Assembly (NCBI GenBank): GCA_951406725.2 | Contig: OX597815.1 | Span: 157,294,001 to 157,358,000, forward strand | Direction: 5' to 3' | Length of the DNA: 64,000 nucleotides | From: Octopus vulgaris | Lineage: Eukaryota | Shown: one piece after another, positions 52,420 through 64,000 of the stretch | Layout of the letters: the number at the start of each line of letters is the position of its first letter | Position numbering within the stretch: the stretch's first letter is position 1 | Program-made: the position numbers and the translations under genes | Notes under the pieces: generated by a model | Told to the model about the DNA's origin: nothing | Seen by the model: only the letters and a program-made list of their open reading frames with translations | Database searches by the model: none

Positions 52420-53640
52420 CGAGTCTGTAGGGAAAGACAGGGCTCATGACACTTGGCAGTCCCAAGCGACAATAGTATGACCAATGCCGATGATGTTCTG
52501 TTTAAATTGTTGCAGATCAACATCTGCAAGAATGACATGAGCAGGGGTGGGGGGAAATTCTAGAGAACTGATGTTTTGGAGAGGATGAGCTGTGCATAGT
52601 GGTTTGTGCGGGTCGGGGTGGCGGTTGATGCAAGATGGGGAAGAGAGGCAGAGAAACGAGTGAGTCGGGAATGAATGAGTGGTGGATGTACACGGTTAGT
52701 AATGATAGCAAAGACTAAGAGAGAAGAAAACACGCCTATAGGCTAGACGTTTCACTAAGTGAATCAGCCGAGTGACACTTCTGTGGATGTGGTCCTGGGA
52801 TGTCTGTACATGTGGGTACAGTATTCCATTATGGGCTTCACTTGAGTTTGTAGAGTGTCAGCAACTTTTGTAAGCTGAAATAACGCCTGAAGAAAAGGGG
52901 TAGTTTTTGAGATGCGATCCGAGCTATACTAAGGATAGACTTACGCCAAGAGAGATCCTAGGGGATTATGAGGCCAAACATTCAGAGAGATTGTAAGGAC
53001 TCTTACTGAGTGATTTTAATGTCTAAGAGGTGCGTAGTGTGGTGACGTTTTATTGATATGGTAATCCTTGAGATTTTTAAAATTAAGGCTGGCATGGCTC
53101 AAGGCCTTCGTGTATGGAATCAACGCAAAGTTTGTGATATCTAGGTTACTTGTGGATAATAATGGTTAGGGAAAATTAAGGAGGAATAAAAGTTTACATT
53201 ATCTGGATAAGAGTTTGCATTGTTAGGTGTAGTGGCATGTAGGTCATTGATGTATAGAAGGCAAAAAATGAAAGACAAAACTGAAGCCTGGAAAACACCA
53301 GAGCTGACTGAGGAAGAAACAGAAAGAGTGCCATCAACACACACAAAATGGTTCGATCTGATAGAAAGCTGTAGATTCAAGAGACGAAAGATTGGAAAGG
53401 TACGTGAGACGATTTGACTGAAAGCTGGCATATCAGACGCAGTCGAAGACTTTCTTGAAGTCTAGAGCAACAACATTGCTTTCGCCAAGCCTTTCTCAAG
53501 CGAAATTCCATTGGTAGGTGACATAAGATAATAAGTCTCCAGCTGATCTGGTTCTATGGAAGCCCTTCTGGTGATCAGTGGGAAGAAAGATATTCAAGTT
53601 GTAGAACGTCAATGCTAACGGTCTTCATTACCGTGGAGAC
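52420..53640 (-). mobile_element. Degenerate CR1/L2-type LINE RT and 3' region
   Basis: Minus frames SSGVFQASVLS.IFCLLYINDL...SYPD (decayed GVPQGSVL..YADD), LLTLYK and PIMEYC. Confidence 0.75.
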
Positions 53641-53822
53641 GTGTGTGGGATAAGAGAGAGAGAGAGAGAGAGAAAGAGAGAATGAATTTCGAATCATGTG
53701 GCTGGAAATCAAGATTCTTACCACACATCCACGATTCCTCTCCCTCTCTCCCTCTCTCTCAGCATCCTATCTAACTCTTTCTGTATAAAAGTTCTTCCTA
53801 ACTCAGTTGCAAACTGCCCTGA

Positions 53823-53902
<80 letters not shown>

Positions 53903-53989
53903 GATGGGGAGAACAAATTCCATCATATGGTTTCTATTTAGAAATGTATTAACTGAAGAATGTCTTCCGTAAGGGATGTATTTCCTATT

Positions 53990-54210
53990 ATCTATTGATT
54001 TAAAATTTGGGCACAAACCCACAAATTTCGGGGGATTGAGTAAGTCCATTACCACGACTCCAGTGATCAACTAGTACTTATTTTATGGACTCCGAAATGA
54101 TGAAAGGCAAAGTCGACCTCGGTGGAATTTAAATTCAGAACGTAAAGATGGGACGAAATGCTGCCAAGCATTTTGCCCGACGTGCTAACGATTCTGCCAT
54201 CTTGCCAACT
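53990..54210 (-). mobile_element. SINE family B
   Basis: tgaaaggcaaagtcgacctcgg...gctaacgattctgcca. Confidence 0.8.
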
Positions 54211-54336
54211 TATATTTCCTATATTGTATTTTGTATTAAATGCTTTCAAAATATCATTATTCGGGTTGATTTCATTTTTATATTTTAATATATATATCTA
54301 TATAGATAGATAGATGCACGTATATGTGTGCATGTA

Positions 54337-54565
<229 letters not shown>

Positions 54566-55338
54566 ACACCGTATTACACAGAGATGTTTATCTGCATTTA
54601 TCCGCTATTTTAAGATTGGATAACTTTATGAGCGGTTGATTAATTTCTGTGCTTTGTGAGGAGGGGTTATATTTTTGTTAAGTCCTTTTGTTGTTTGTTA
54701 GTTTTTTTAGAAAAAAACAAAATTTCAATATAGATAAGAGAAAACGACATAGGATGAAACTGTCGGTGAGTGAGCATTTGACACAAATATACGCTGATGC
54801 AATAAAGTTTGGAACGTGGAACTATCTGGTTGTGATAAACATACCTTAATAAATGTACGAATGTCTACACAGGCAACAACTTCCCGCCGTCCAAAGATCT
54901 CCACCCGCCGACATTATAGTTTTTTTTTAGAAAAATGTGATTATGTGTCCGTGTCAGAGAAGGAACTTCTATATAGTCGTTTGTTCTGGTAGAAACAGTT
55001 GAAAAATTTCCCTCAATTCATGAAGCGACGTATCTGATACTGTAGTTAGATGATGAGATTATCAGATCTGGAATGCTTTTTTTATCATGGTACTTCTCGG
55101 TCAGAACTGACTTCAGGCTATGCAATATGTTATCTGGTATTCTTCAGAAATTGTAAATCAAAGAACAACTACTAATGCTGTTATTGCTATCGTTGCTGCT
55201 GTTCTGTTGTTGCAGCTGCTATTGCTTCTGCTGCAGTTGCTTCTGCTGTTGCTGCTGCAGCTACTTTGTAACTAAATCGAAAGATGCTGATATTTATTTC
55301 CCATCAATTTTAATTATCTTCATTCTCTTAAATCGCAG

Positions 55339-55452
55339 ACTAAAATGGAAACAGATCCTCGGGCCGTATGGAGAGCTTATGGTAACCAAGGTAACGTTTG
55401 GATAAAAGCGCGTCTATCAATTCCGATAAACCTTGCCAAGACCGGATATCAA
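55339..55452 (+). CDS. Exon of a MAM-domain protein (W..GNQG..W part)
   Basis: Acceptor aatcgcag and donor AA|gtaagt; 114 nt, phase 0 to 0. Translates TKMETDPRAVWRAYGNQGNVWIKARLSIPINLAKTGYQ. The last MAM exon (GDIAIDD motif) was not found and probably lies beyond the window. Confidence 0.92.
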
Positions 55453-55526
55453 GTAAGTTGCTAATCTTTGGATTATATTGTTCAATACAATCTGTATATT
55501 ATTGTTGTCATTATAAATAATGATTA

Positions 55527-56195
55527 GGGCGGCGAGCTGGCAGAACCGTTAGCACGCCGGACAAAATGCTTAGCTGCATTTCGTCCGTCTCTACGTTCTG
55601 AGTTAAAATTTCGCCGAGGCCTACTTTGCCTTTCATTCTTTCAGGGTCGATTAATCAATTACCAGTTGAGGACTGGGGTCGATGTAATCGACTTAAAACC
55701 TCCCCCAAAATTGCAGGCCTTCTGCCTATAATAGAAAGCATTATAATAACAATGATTCAGGTAGTGAGATGGCAGAATAGTTAGCAAGACGGAAAAAATG
55801 TTTAACACATTTCGTCCGTCTTCATGTTCCGAGTTTAAATTCCGCTGAGACCGACTTTCCTTTCGTCCTTTCGAGGTCAACAAAATAATTACCAGTCGAG
55901 CATTAGGGTCTATGTAATCGAATAATCCCCTTCCTATAAAAATTTCAGGCTATATACCAATTGAGAAAGGATTATAACAATGTTTAAGACGGCGAACTGG
56001 CCGAATCGTTAGCACGTTGGACAAAATGCTTGGCGGCTTTTTTTTATGTTCTGAGTTCAAATCCGCCGAGGTCTACTTTGCTTTTCATCCTTTCAGGGTC
56101 GATAAAATAAATACCGGTTGAACCCCAGAATCGATGTAATCGACTTGCACCTCCCCCTCAAAATTTCTGGTCTTGTGCCTATATTAAAAAGGATT
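55527..56195 (+). mobile_element. Three tandem SINE family B copies
   Basis: Heads at about 55528, 55760 and 55987, each followed by ttc(t/c)gagtt...gatgtaatcga. Confidence 0.85.
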
Positions 56196-56785
56196 GTTTG
56201 TATTATGATGAGAGCGAGGGATAATTTTGTGTGACAGAGACAGCGTAGCATCGGATAAAATGTTTTGTTGTATTAGGTTCCGTCCATTTACATTCTGCGT
56301 TCAAATCATTTTGGGCCTGATATTGTCTTTCCTCTTTCGGAGTAAAAACGTACAAGTGAAGTTTTAGGTCGAGATAAATATTTTCTTACAACCCAAATTG
56401 TGGCCTTGTTGTGCCTATTTAGAAATCAATATTCATAATATTCGTGCACACAGTGAACAACGAATATCAAAACGAAGATTTGCATGTATATTTTTGATAC
56501 ACTTCGGCAGATTCGAACATGAATCATCATATGTACATTGAACAGCGAGGATCAAAGCGATGAATTGCATTTTCGGTTGTCAGATATCAGCACGGATCAG
56601 TAAACAGATTGTTCGCTAAAGTTATAAACAAGACCATCGGATCGTTTGAGATTCATTAGATCGGAAATGCTTCTGGCTGACGTTACAGAACGATGCCAAA
56701 AAACAGGTTTTCCCAGAATCCTTTGAAGACGAGTGTTCTGAACACACATTGGTCCTAAAGAAGTTGTTCTAACAGCAATCAGTAT

Positions 56786-57173
56786 AGGCACAAGAGTGGT
56801 TGTGTGGTAAGTAGCTTGCTTACCAACCACATTGTTCCGGGTTCAGTCCCACTGTGTGGCAACTTGGGCAAGTGTCTTCTGCTGTAGCCTTGGGCCGACC
56901 AAAGCCTTTTAAGTGGATTTGGTAGACGGAAACTGAAAGAAGCCCGTCGTATATATGTATAAATATATATGTGTGTGTGTGTGTCTGTGTTAGTCCTCCC
57001 AACATCCCTTGACAACCGATGCTGGTGTGTTTACGTCCCCGTAACTTAGCACTTTTCGGCAAAAAATAGAATAAGTACTAGGCTTACAAAGAATAAGTCC
57101 TAGGGTCGATTTGCTCGACTAAAAGGCGGTGCTCCAGCATGGCCGCAGTCAAATGAATGAAACATGTAAAAGA
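56786..57173 (+). mobile_element. SINE family A
   Basis: Full head, body and tail. Confidence 0.9.
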
Positions 57174-58769
57174 GGCTATATTTACGTTCGAATCTGCCGG
57201 AACATATTGGTTTCAAATTTAGGCAGGTCAGCAAATTCAGCAAAGACAATAAATCGATTACATCGACCCCAGTGCTCAGCTGGTACTTATTTTAAATCTG
57301 CCGGAACATATTAAGAACAGATATGCAAGTTATCACTTATTATTTACCATCAGCATAAAAGCAAGGCTAATCATGGATAACAGAAACGGTAGAGGAACAG
57401 AGAAAATGAGTAACGTTATTAAATCATGTTCGTTTTCCTTCTGAACTGAAATCTCGCTGGGGGTCAATTTTAGCTTTCGTCCTTCAGGAATCAGTAAAAT
57501 AACTGCCAGCCAATTATTAAAGTCCATTTAATCAAATGTACAGTCTCCACAATTAGCACCACCGTTAGAAATCAGTATTTCGTTACACCTGGTGCGCCCT
57601 ATAAGAGAGATAAGCTTTTCTAGATAAATCGTGTCGTACTTCGAGATTTGAATTTTAAAGTTTGAAGTATTTCGTTAGTCATGTTGTTATCGATGATCTT
57701 TTTTAACCGCATAACTGGATGCGTGGAAACGTGTGCCTTGAGGATGTGAAGCGTTTTTGATTTTGTTAGGTAGGGCTGAAGTGTGTTGTCGTGGGAGTAT
57801 TAAGATTAAATCATGTAAGTAGTGTTTTGTAGTACTATACACAGTACGTTGTGTATGTATGTATGTATGTATGTATGTATGTATGTATGTATCTGCCTTT
57901 GTTCGTTTTGGTTATATACTTGCCTGTTTCTTTCTTGTGTTATTTCCAAGACAGGTATTATTTTTGAGATATGTATTTTTTTCATCCCCCAGATTCTAAC
58001 TATCTAAATATTTCCAGGCATTTGCTTTTGGTTAGTAATTTCATTTCTTCCAGAGACACATTGTCTCAAATGAAACTGATACAGCGATTAAAAGACATTT
58101 TTCTCCGAAGATTTTTGATAATAATGGGGTGGATGAATTGCAGAAGCTGAAGAAACTCGTCAACTTCGACATTAAATCAAAAGATGAATTCGTCGAATGC
58201 TAAATAAGTTTAATTACAGTATGAAGTAGAAACTCTTTTAAAAGACATCCTTTTAAAGTGGTAATTTGGAATAATTGAAGGAATATCGGCCAAACATCCT
58301 TGCAAATACAAGTACGGTAGTTTAGATACTGAGCCTAAATCCTACCATTATAGCCTTTGCCTTTCATATTCCCGAAAAATCAATAAAATTTAATCAAGTA
58401 TTGGGGATCGATATATAATCGATCATACTCTCTCTAAATACGTGACTTTGAACCAATATTAGAAACCAAAGCATATTATCGCTTTGAGACATTTTACTCA
58501 GAAAGAAAAATAATTAACTTTCATAAGGTGTTTCTGTAGGTTAATGTATAAGCAACTAGAAACTACCATATTTGATTATGTGTAATACGCATTCTCGTGT
58601 AAGTTGCACACTGACTTTGTGAGGAAATTTTGAGAGAAAGAAAGAATTTATTTAAATTCAAACAAATAATTTGTTCATTTATCAAAAGTTTGAATTATTG
58701 TGCCATACAGATATTATGAGTAAACTAGGAAGTCTTCCAGAATTTCAGACGAGAAAAATTAAATAAATT

Positions 58770-59045
58770 GTTTCAAATTTTGATACTAAGCCAGCTATTT
58801 TAAGGTGATGGAACTAGTTAACTACATCGACCCCAGTTCTCGACTGGTACTTATTTTATAAACCCCCGAAAGGATAAAAGGCAAAGTTAACCTCGGCATT
58901 TAAACATTCCCCCCACACAGCTACCCATTTTCACTCATAAGATTTAGGTCGACTTGAGACCATAATGTGAAACACATGCCCAAGTTTCCGCACAATGGGA
59001 CTGAACTCAAAATCTTACGAATACAAAGTCACATTCTTAATCAAA
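58770..59045 (-). mobile_element. SINE B 3' half adjoining a diverged SINE A head
   Basis: catcgaccccagt..ctggtacttatttta..aaggataaaaggcaaag, then gcccaag...gggactgaactc. Confidence 0.65.
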
Positions 59046-59546
59046 ACCCCCATCGGTTTTACTGCGAACATCTTCCCTACATTCAATACTATCAATACTC
59101 TTGGCTACATCTGAGTGACCAAACCTATTTTACAGACCGACCAGCTACTTAAAGATAAACTATCACATGGCATATACTTTGTACTGCACGCCATTCACAT
59201 CGCTTATTTTCTAGTATATGAAAACAAACAGTCCACATTTACGAGGCTTTTTCTTAGAAAAGAGTTTCTGGCTGAACCAAGGGTTGATAAGTGCAATCTC
59301 ACAGTGGTACAATTCATCTATGTACGCTTAATGTTTGTGTTCTTCTGTGTGTTAATCCGTATCTCGAAAGGTAACCTGGTAATCAGTTATCACTACCGAA
59401 CTCTGTCGCTATTTTCAGCTTCCCTTCAAACAAATCTTTTTTCCGCCTCATACATGCGCCTCAAATTTTACACAAATCTACACAGTTTTCGAATTATTTA
59501 TCTATTTATTTCTCTATTAATATCCTTATCTGTCACAAACCATCTG

Positions 59547-59624
<78 letters not shown>

Positions 59625-59794
59625 AACACAAATGCACACAGCATGAACATGCCACAACTGGCGAATTTCAAGCTTACTGCAAATAAATTTATATATGTAT
59701 GTTTGTGCGTGTGTATTTATATATGTATATATATATTTATATATTTATATATGTATATGTATACATATATATATATGTATGTATGTATTTATGA

Positions 59795-59840
<46 letters not shown>

Positions 59841-59977
59841 AAAATATAGTACTTGTGGAGTTACTTCCGTATCATGGCTTCCCGCTGTTAGCCAAAATTT
59901 CAAAACACTGATGTTTAATCGTTCGTAATAGCTCAAACACTGATGTTTAATCGTTCGTAATATTCACTCTCTCTTTC

Positions 59978-60067
<90 letters not shown>

Positions 60068-60139
60068 ACTGACACTGCACTGAAACACATATTTCAATAG
60101 GGTACTTATTTTTTATATTGTAATTCATTCAACTCCATA

Positions 60140-60435
60140 GATATGACAGGTTAGCTTGGGAGGTTAAGCAGTTGTCGTCGCTGAAAAAGGTGGCAATAGT
60201 ACCAGTAATTGTTGGAGCTCCGGGAACAGTGAGTAAAATCTTGAGAAGTACATGGAACAAATAGGGGCTGCAATAAGGGTGGAACACTTGCAGAAAACAG
60301 CACTGCATAGAACCGCTCGAATACTCAGGGTGGTGCTCGAAAAATAAGGGGTGTTACTTTAGTTCACAGGTAGTGAACAGCTGACACCGTAGTGCATCTC
60401 CTGCGTTATAAGCTGTGCAAAGACAATAAAATAAG
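60140..60435 (+). mobile_element. R4/Dong-like LINE extreme 3' end
   Basis: LKKVAIVPVIVGAPGTVS..LEKYMEQIGAAIRVEHLQKTAL.RTARILRVVLEK then stop. Confidence 0.78.
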
Positions 60436-60699
60436 GAGGAGGAGGAGGAGGAGAAAGATAAAAAGCAGTGTGCCAACGGCGTGGATATTACAACATAATA
60501 AATACTGATTGACACAAGTGAACATTTCTCATTGAATTGAAATTTTCTTCTTGGCTGGAGAAAGAAAACAAAAACGGAACAGTAATTAGTAGCAACTTTC
60601 AAAGAAAGCAGAAAGTATTATGATTTCAAGATATTTAGAATTAATTTCCCGAAATTTGTTTAAATGTTTATATCTTGTTTTTATTTGTAGGTTAAGTAA

Positions 60700-61240
60700 T
60701 AACTATAGGTATGGGGACTTTGCGGTCGTATGAGGCTGCCAGTCGATCCCTAGCTTCTGTTAGATTCTCCACAACATGTCTCGCAGCAAGCAGACATACC
60801 TTTTTGAGGTCCACACGACACGTGTACATCTCTTGATAATACCGCTAGTATTTTTCGAAGACCGCCGTAGTATGAATATTCGAACAACCGTGCTAGTCAA
60901 AGGCGAAATATATGCATGGATTGTCAGCTACCTCCGGCTCTACCATATCACTACATCTCTGTTCCAGGCATCTGGCGAATACTTTACCAGAGATGTTGAG
61001 CAAGGACATTCCTCTATAATTATAGCACTGTCTATTGCCATTCTTTTTATGCCTTTCCAAAGATCATGTACACCTGGCATGCGACAGAGACAATACTTCC
61101 TCTGGTTAAGGCTTTGAACACCTGGGTCGAATTCCATTCACCTCAGCGACTTTGCCACGATTGAGTATTTTAAATGCTTTTGTAACTTCAGCCTCTATGA
61201 AGTTAGTCATCGCTCTTACATGCACCTTTTGTATACCTGA
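60700..61240 (-). mobile_element. Degenerate RTE-type RT fragment
   Basis: EAEVTKAFKILNRGKVAEVNGIRP and YTCRVDLKK resemble E.EV..A...L..GKA.G.D.I and Y..FVDL.KA. Confidence 0.65.
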
Positions 61241-61939
61241 AGGTGTTATTGTTACCGGAACTAGGAAACCGATAACATATTCCCTCCACTTCCCGAGAAT
61301 GCATTCCTCTACGGTGAAAAACTCCAACCAAGGTATAGGTATAGGGAAGGGATCTTATTAAGAAGTTGTCGGATAGTCTGCAGAACACTTTACTTGCTAG
61401 TCGAAAATCAGATTCCACACAAGTTAATCGATGAATGATCAAAACTCCATATGGATCTATATCTCTAATTTTGCTAGAAACGTGTATTCCAAACCACGGC
61501 AAGTGTTACAAACATTTTCTTATATATAATTAACTATATGCTGAATTGCGTAATTTTATCTGGTATTTTCTGGTGCTTGGTTAATTACATAGCGTCATGT
61601 AATTTATATGATGATATTTCGTATATGTGGTTAATTACATAGTGTCTCAAGTAACCGTTAGAAATGGCAGGGACATTGCGAAAATCAACCAATTGTCTAC
61701 GCAGTATGACATCGTGGATAAAAACACGTCATCAGTCCTTATTGAAGAGAATTTATAACAGCTAAATACTACTTTTGATTTCATTTCTATCAGCTAAATT
61801 GAAAATTCAGTTCCAGTGAGTAGGCTGCAGCAGATTTTGGTCTCTTAACAGGCGGGTAAAATACAGGTTCTATTGCGTCGCGTCGTTGCATTATTGAAAT
61901 CGGGAATTTGACGTAAATATTGTTAGTCTAAAATTAAAT

Positions 61940-62241
61940 ACATACATATAAACATACATATATATACACAATCATACATATGTACGTACGTACGTACATA
62001 CATGCATACATACATGCATACATACACAAACACATATATATATATATACATACATACATACATAATACATACATACATACATACATACATACATACATAC
62101 ATACATACATGCATACATGCATACAGACATATATACATACATACACACATACATACATACATGCATGCATACAGACATACATACACACATACATAAATAC
62201 ATACATACATACATACATACATACATACATACATACATACA

Positions 62242-62270
<29 letters not shown>
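61940..62270. repeat. (TACA)n-rich microsatellite
   Basis: Read directly. Confidence 0.95.
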
Positions 62271-62271
<1 letters not shown>

Positions 62272-62272
<1 letters not shown>

Positions 62273-63025
62273 TATATGCATTTTCAATCCAAGGACAGGA
62301 GATTGCTCCTAGATACCTGATAAATAAAAGAGACAGTGAAGCCCTAGAAGTTCCAGGATACAACTGTAAATGTAGATTATGTCATATTTAGACATCACAC
62401 ATGGGATTAGCAGCTGCTGAAAAATGTCAGCAAGTTACTAACTCCCTGTACGACAGGACGTTGTCGCGAAAACAATATACATTACCATTCAGAAAACAGG
62501 ATGTTCTGAAATAAATATAGATAACCCCGTGTTAATGAATATGTACACAAATATCAGACGCAAGGGAAACTGGTGGAACATTCCCATCTAAACACATTTC
62601 AAGTGTATGCTTAAACAGGCCGGATATTGTTGCTTGTAACAGACAAAAGTATGCACCGTCATAGAATTCAGCTGTCCTGCTGATGTGAATATCTTTTTGA
62701 AAATCAATGAGAAAAAGATAACTGTGGACAACTGTTCCGAAACCTCCAGGTTCTATATCCCGATTACAAATTTATATTTATACCAATAATAATTGGTGCA
62801 CTTGTCTTTGTGAGTAAATGTCTAAGTGACAGGACTGGATAATCTTGGATTTTCTGCAAAAGAAATCAACTGACTAGCATATTACAAATGCAAGACTTTT
62901 CTCAGGTTTAAAAATTGTTCTCGCTATCTGCATTCCAATGATCGCACTAGCTTTGTATATTTTTTTAGATACTAGCTCCTCCATCAGAGGAAAACTTTAA
63001 ATGATAAAAAATAGAAGAGAAGCAT
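62272..63025 (+). mobile_element. Degenerate R4/Dong-like LINE 3' part
   Basis: YAFSIQGQEIAPRYLINKRD, CKCRLCHI, WWNIPI, RPDIVA, TVIEFSCPADVNI and FIPIIIGAL; 3' UTR ends in (CATA)n. Confidence 0.78.
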
Positions 63026-63317
63026 ACATACATAAAAAAAGTATTATTTTGGCCATCATTTCTAGTGGGGAAATCGTTAATTTGATGCAAGGTGCTATCA
63101 AAATCCTCGTTCGTGGATGTTTTTCCTTTGCTTTTACGTATACCTACAATATCGACTCACTATTGCATTATATGCATGGATATATCAATAAATCAGCGCT
63201 CATCCAAAACAGCTGTAAAGAAAAGTCATGATTAATTCGTATATGCAACTTTTTATATAAATACCTTCCTTATAAGTTTTCATATTTGCCTGTCGTATAT
63301 ATATATATATATACATG

Positions 63318-63438
<121 letters not shown>

Positions 63439-63721
63439 AGATACATGTATATACATACGCACATATTTCTGTATATATGCAATTTGTGAAGAATAATGTC
63501 ATTAATTACAAGTTTCCAACGCTCTGATTATTGGCTTCACAGCATTTGCGATGGCGAGAATGGTAAAGAAGCATCTATTCAACCTGTGCAGCATAAATGC
63601 CACTCAACATTTGGTTCGAAAACACCGCTCTATTAGTCTTTACGCCGTCGATTATCTTTTTCTCTCGTATATGCATACATACGCAAGAGCACACAAACGT
63701 GCATACATACATATGTGTGTG

Positions 63722-63875
63722 TGTGTAAGTAGCTTGCTTACGAACCACATGGTTCCGGGTTCAGTCCTACTGCGTGGCACCTTAGGCAAGTGTCTTCTAC
63801 TATAGCCTCGGGCCGACCAAAGCCTTGTGAGTGGATTTGGTAGACGGAAACTGAAAAAAGCCCGTCGTATGTATG

Positions 63876-63908
<33 letters not shown>

Positions 63909-64000
63909 GTGTGTATACGTTTGTGTGTCTGTGTTTGTCCCCCCCCCAACATCGATTGACAACCGATGGTGGTGTGTTTACGTCCCCGTAACTTAGCGGT
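63722..64000 (+). mobile_element. SINE family A, running off the window
   Basis: Matches the family A head and body. Confidence 0.9.

Noticed and set aside
59115-59849. 244 aa ORF
   Set aside because: No motif; extended by (CT)n and (TA)n tracts.
59903-59962. 28 bp duplication aaacactgatgtttaatcgttcgtaata containing ctgatg
   Set aside because: No hammerhead core or GAAA partner; a simple local duplication.

Overview
AT-rich, microsatellite-dense animal DNA. The SINE families and repeat load suggest an octopod cephalopod; this is an inference from pattern recognition, not a database result. The only well-supported host coding sequence is three phase-compatible plus-strand exons (42456-42611, 48795-48946, 55339-55452) that encode most of a MAM domain; only one of them shows up in frame in the ORF track. 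The rest is probably intron or intergenic DNA. It holds several tRNA-derived SINE families, CR1/L2-, RTE- and R4/Dong-type LINE fragments, two decayed mariner transposons, a Helentron-type non-autonomous element and a decayed Penelope-like element (RT plus GIY-YIG). Nearly all ORF-track entries are microsatellite artefacts. The most notable signal is a set of short fold-back elements, mostly lodged in or beside (TA)n/(TACA)n tracts. Several carry minimal type-I hammerhead ribozyme motifs with palindromic stem III, as in Penelope terminal repeats. The best example is a ~390 bp hairpin at 36361-36750 with an intact hammerhead in each arm. Other signals are a SINE/LINE shared 3' tail, tandem iteration of retroelement 5' ends, and a LINE family associated with (TACA)n. 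Repeat boundaries were read by eye and are approximate.
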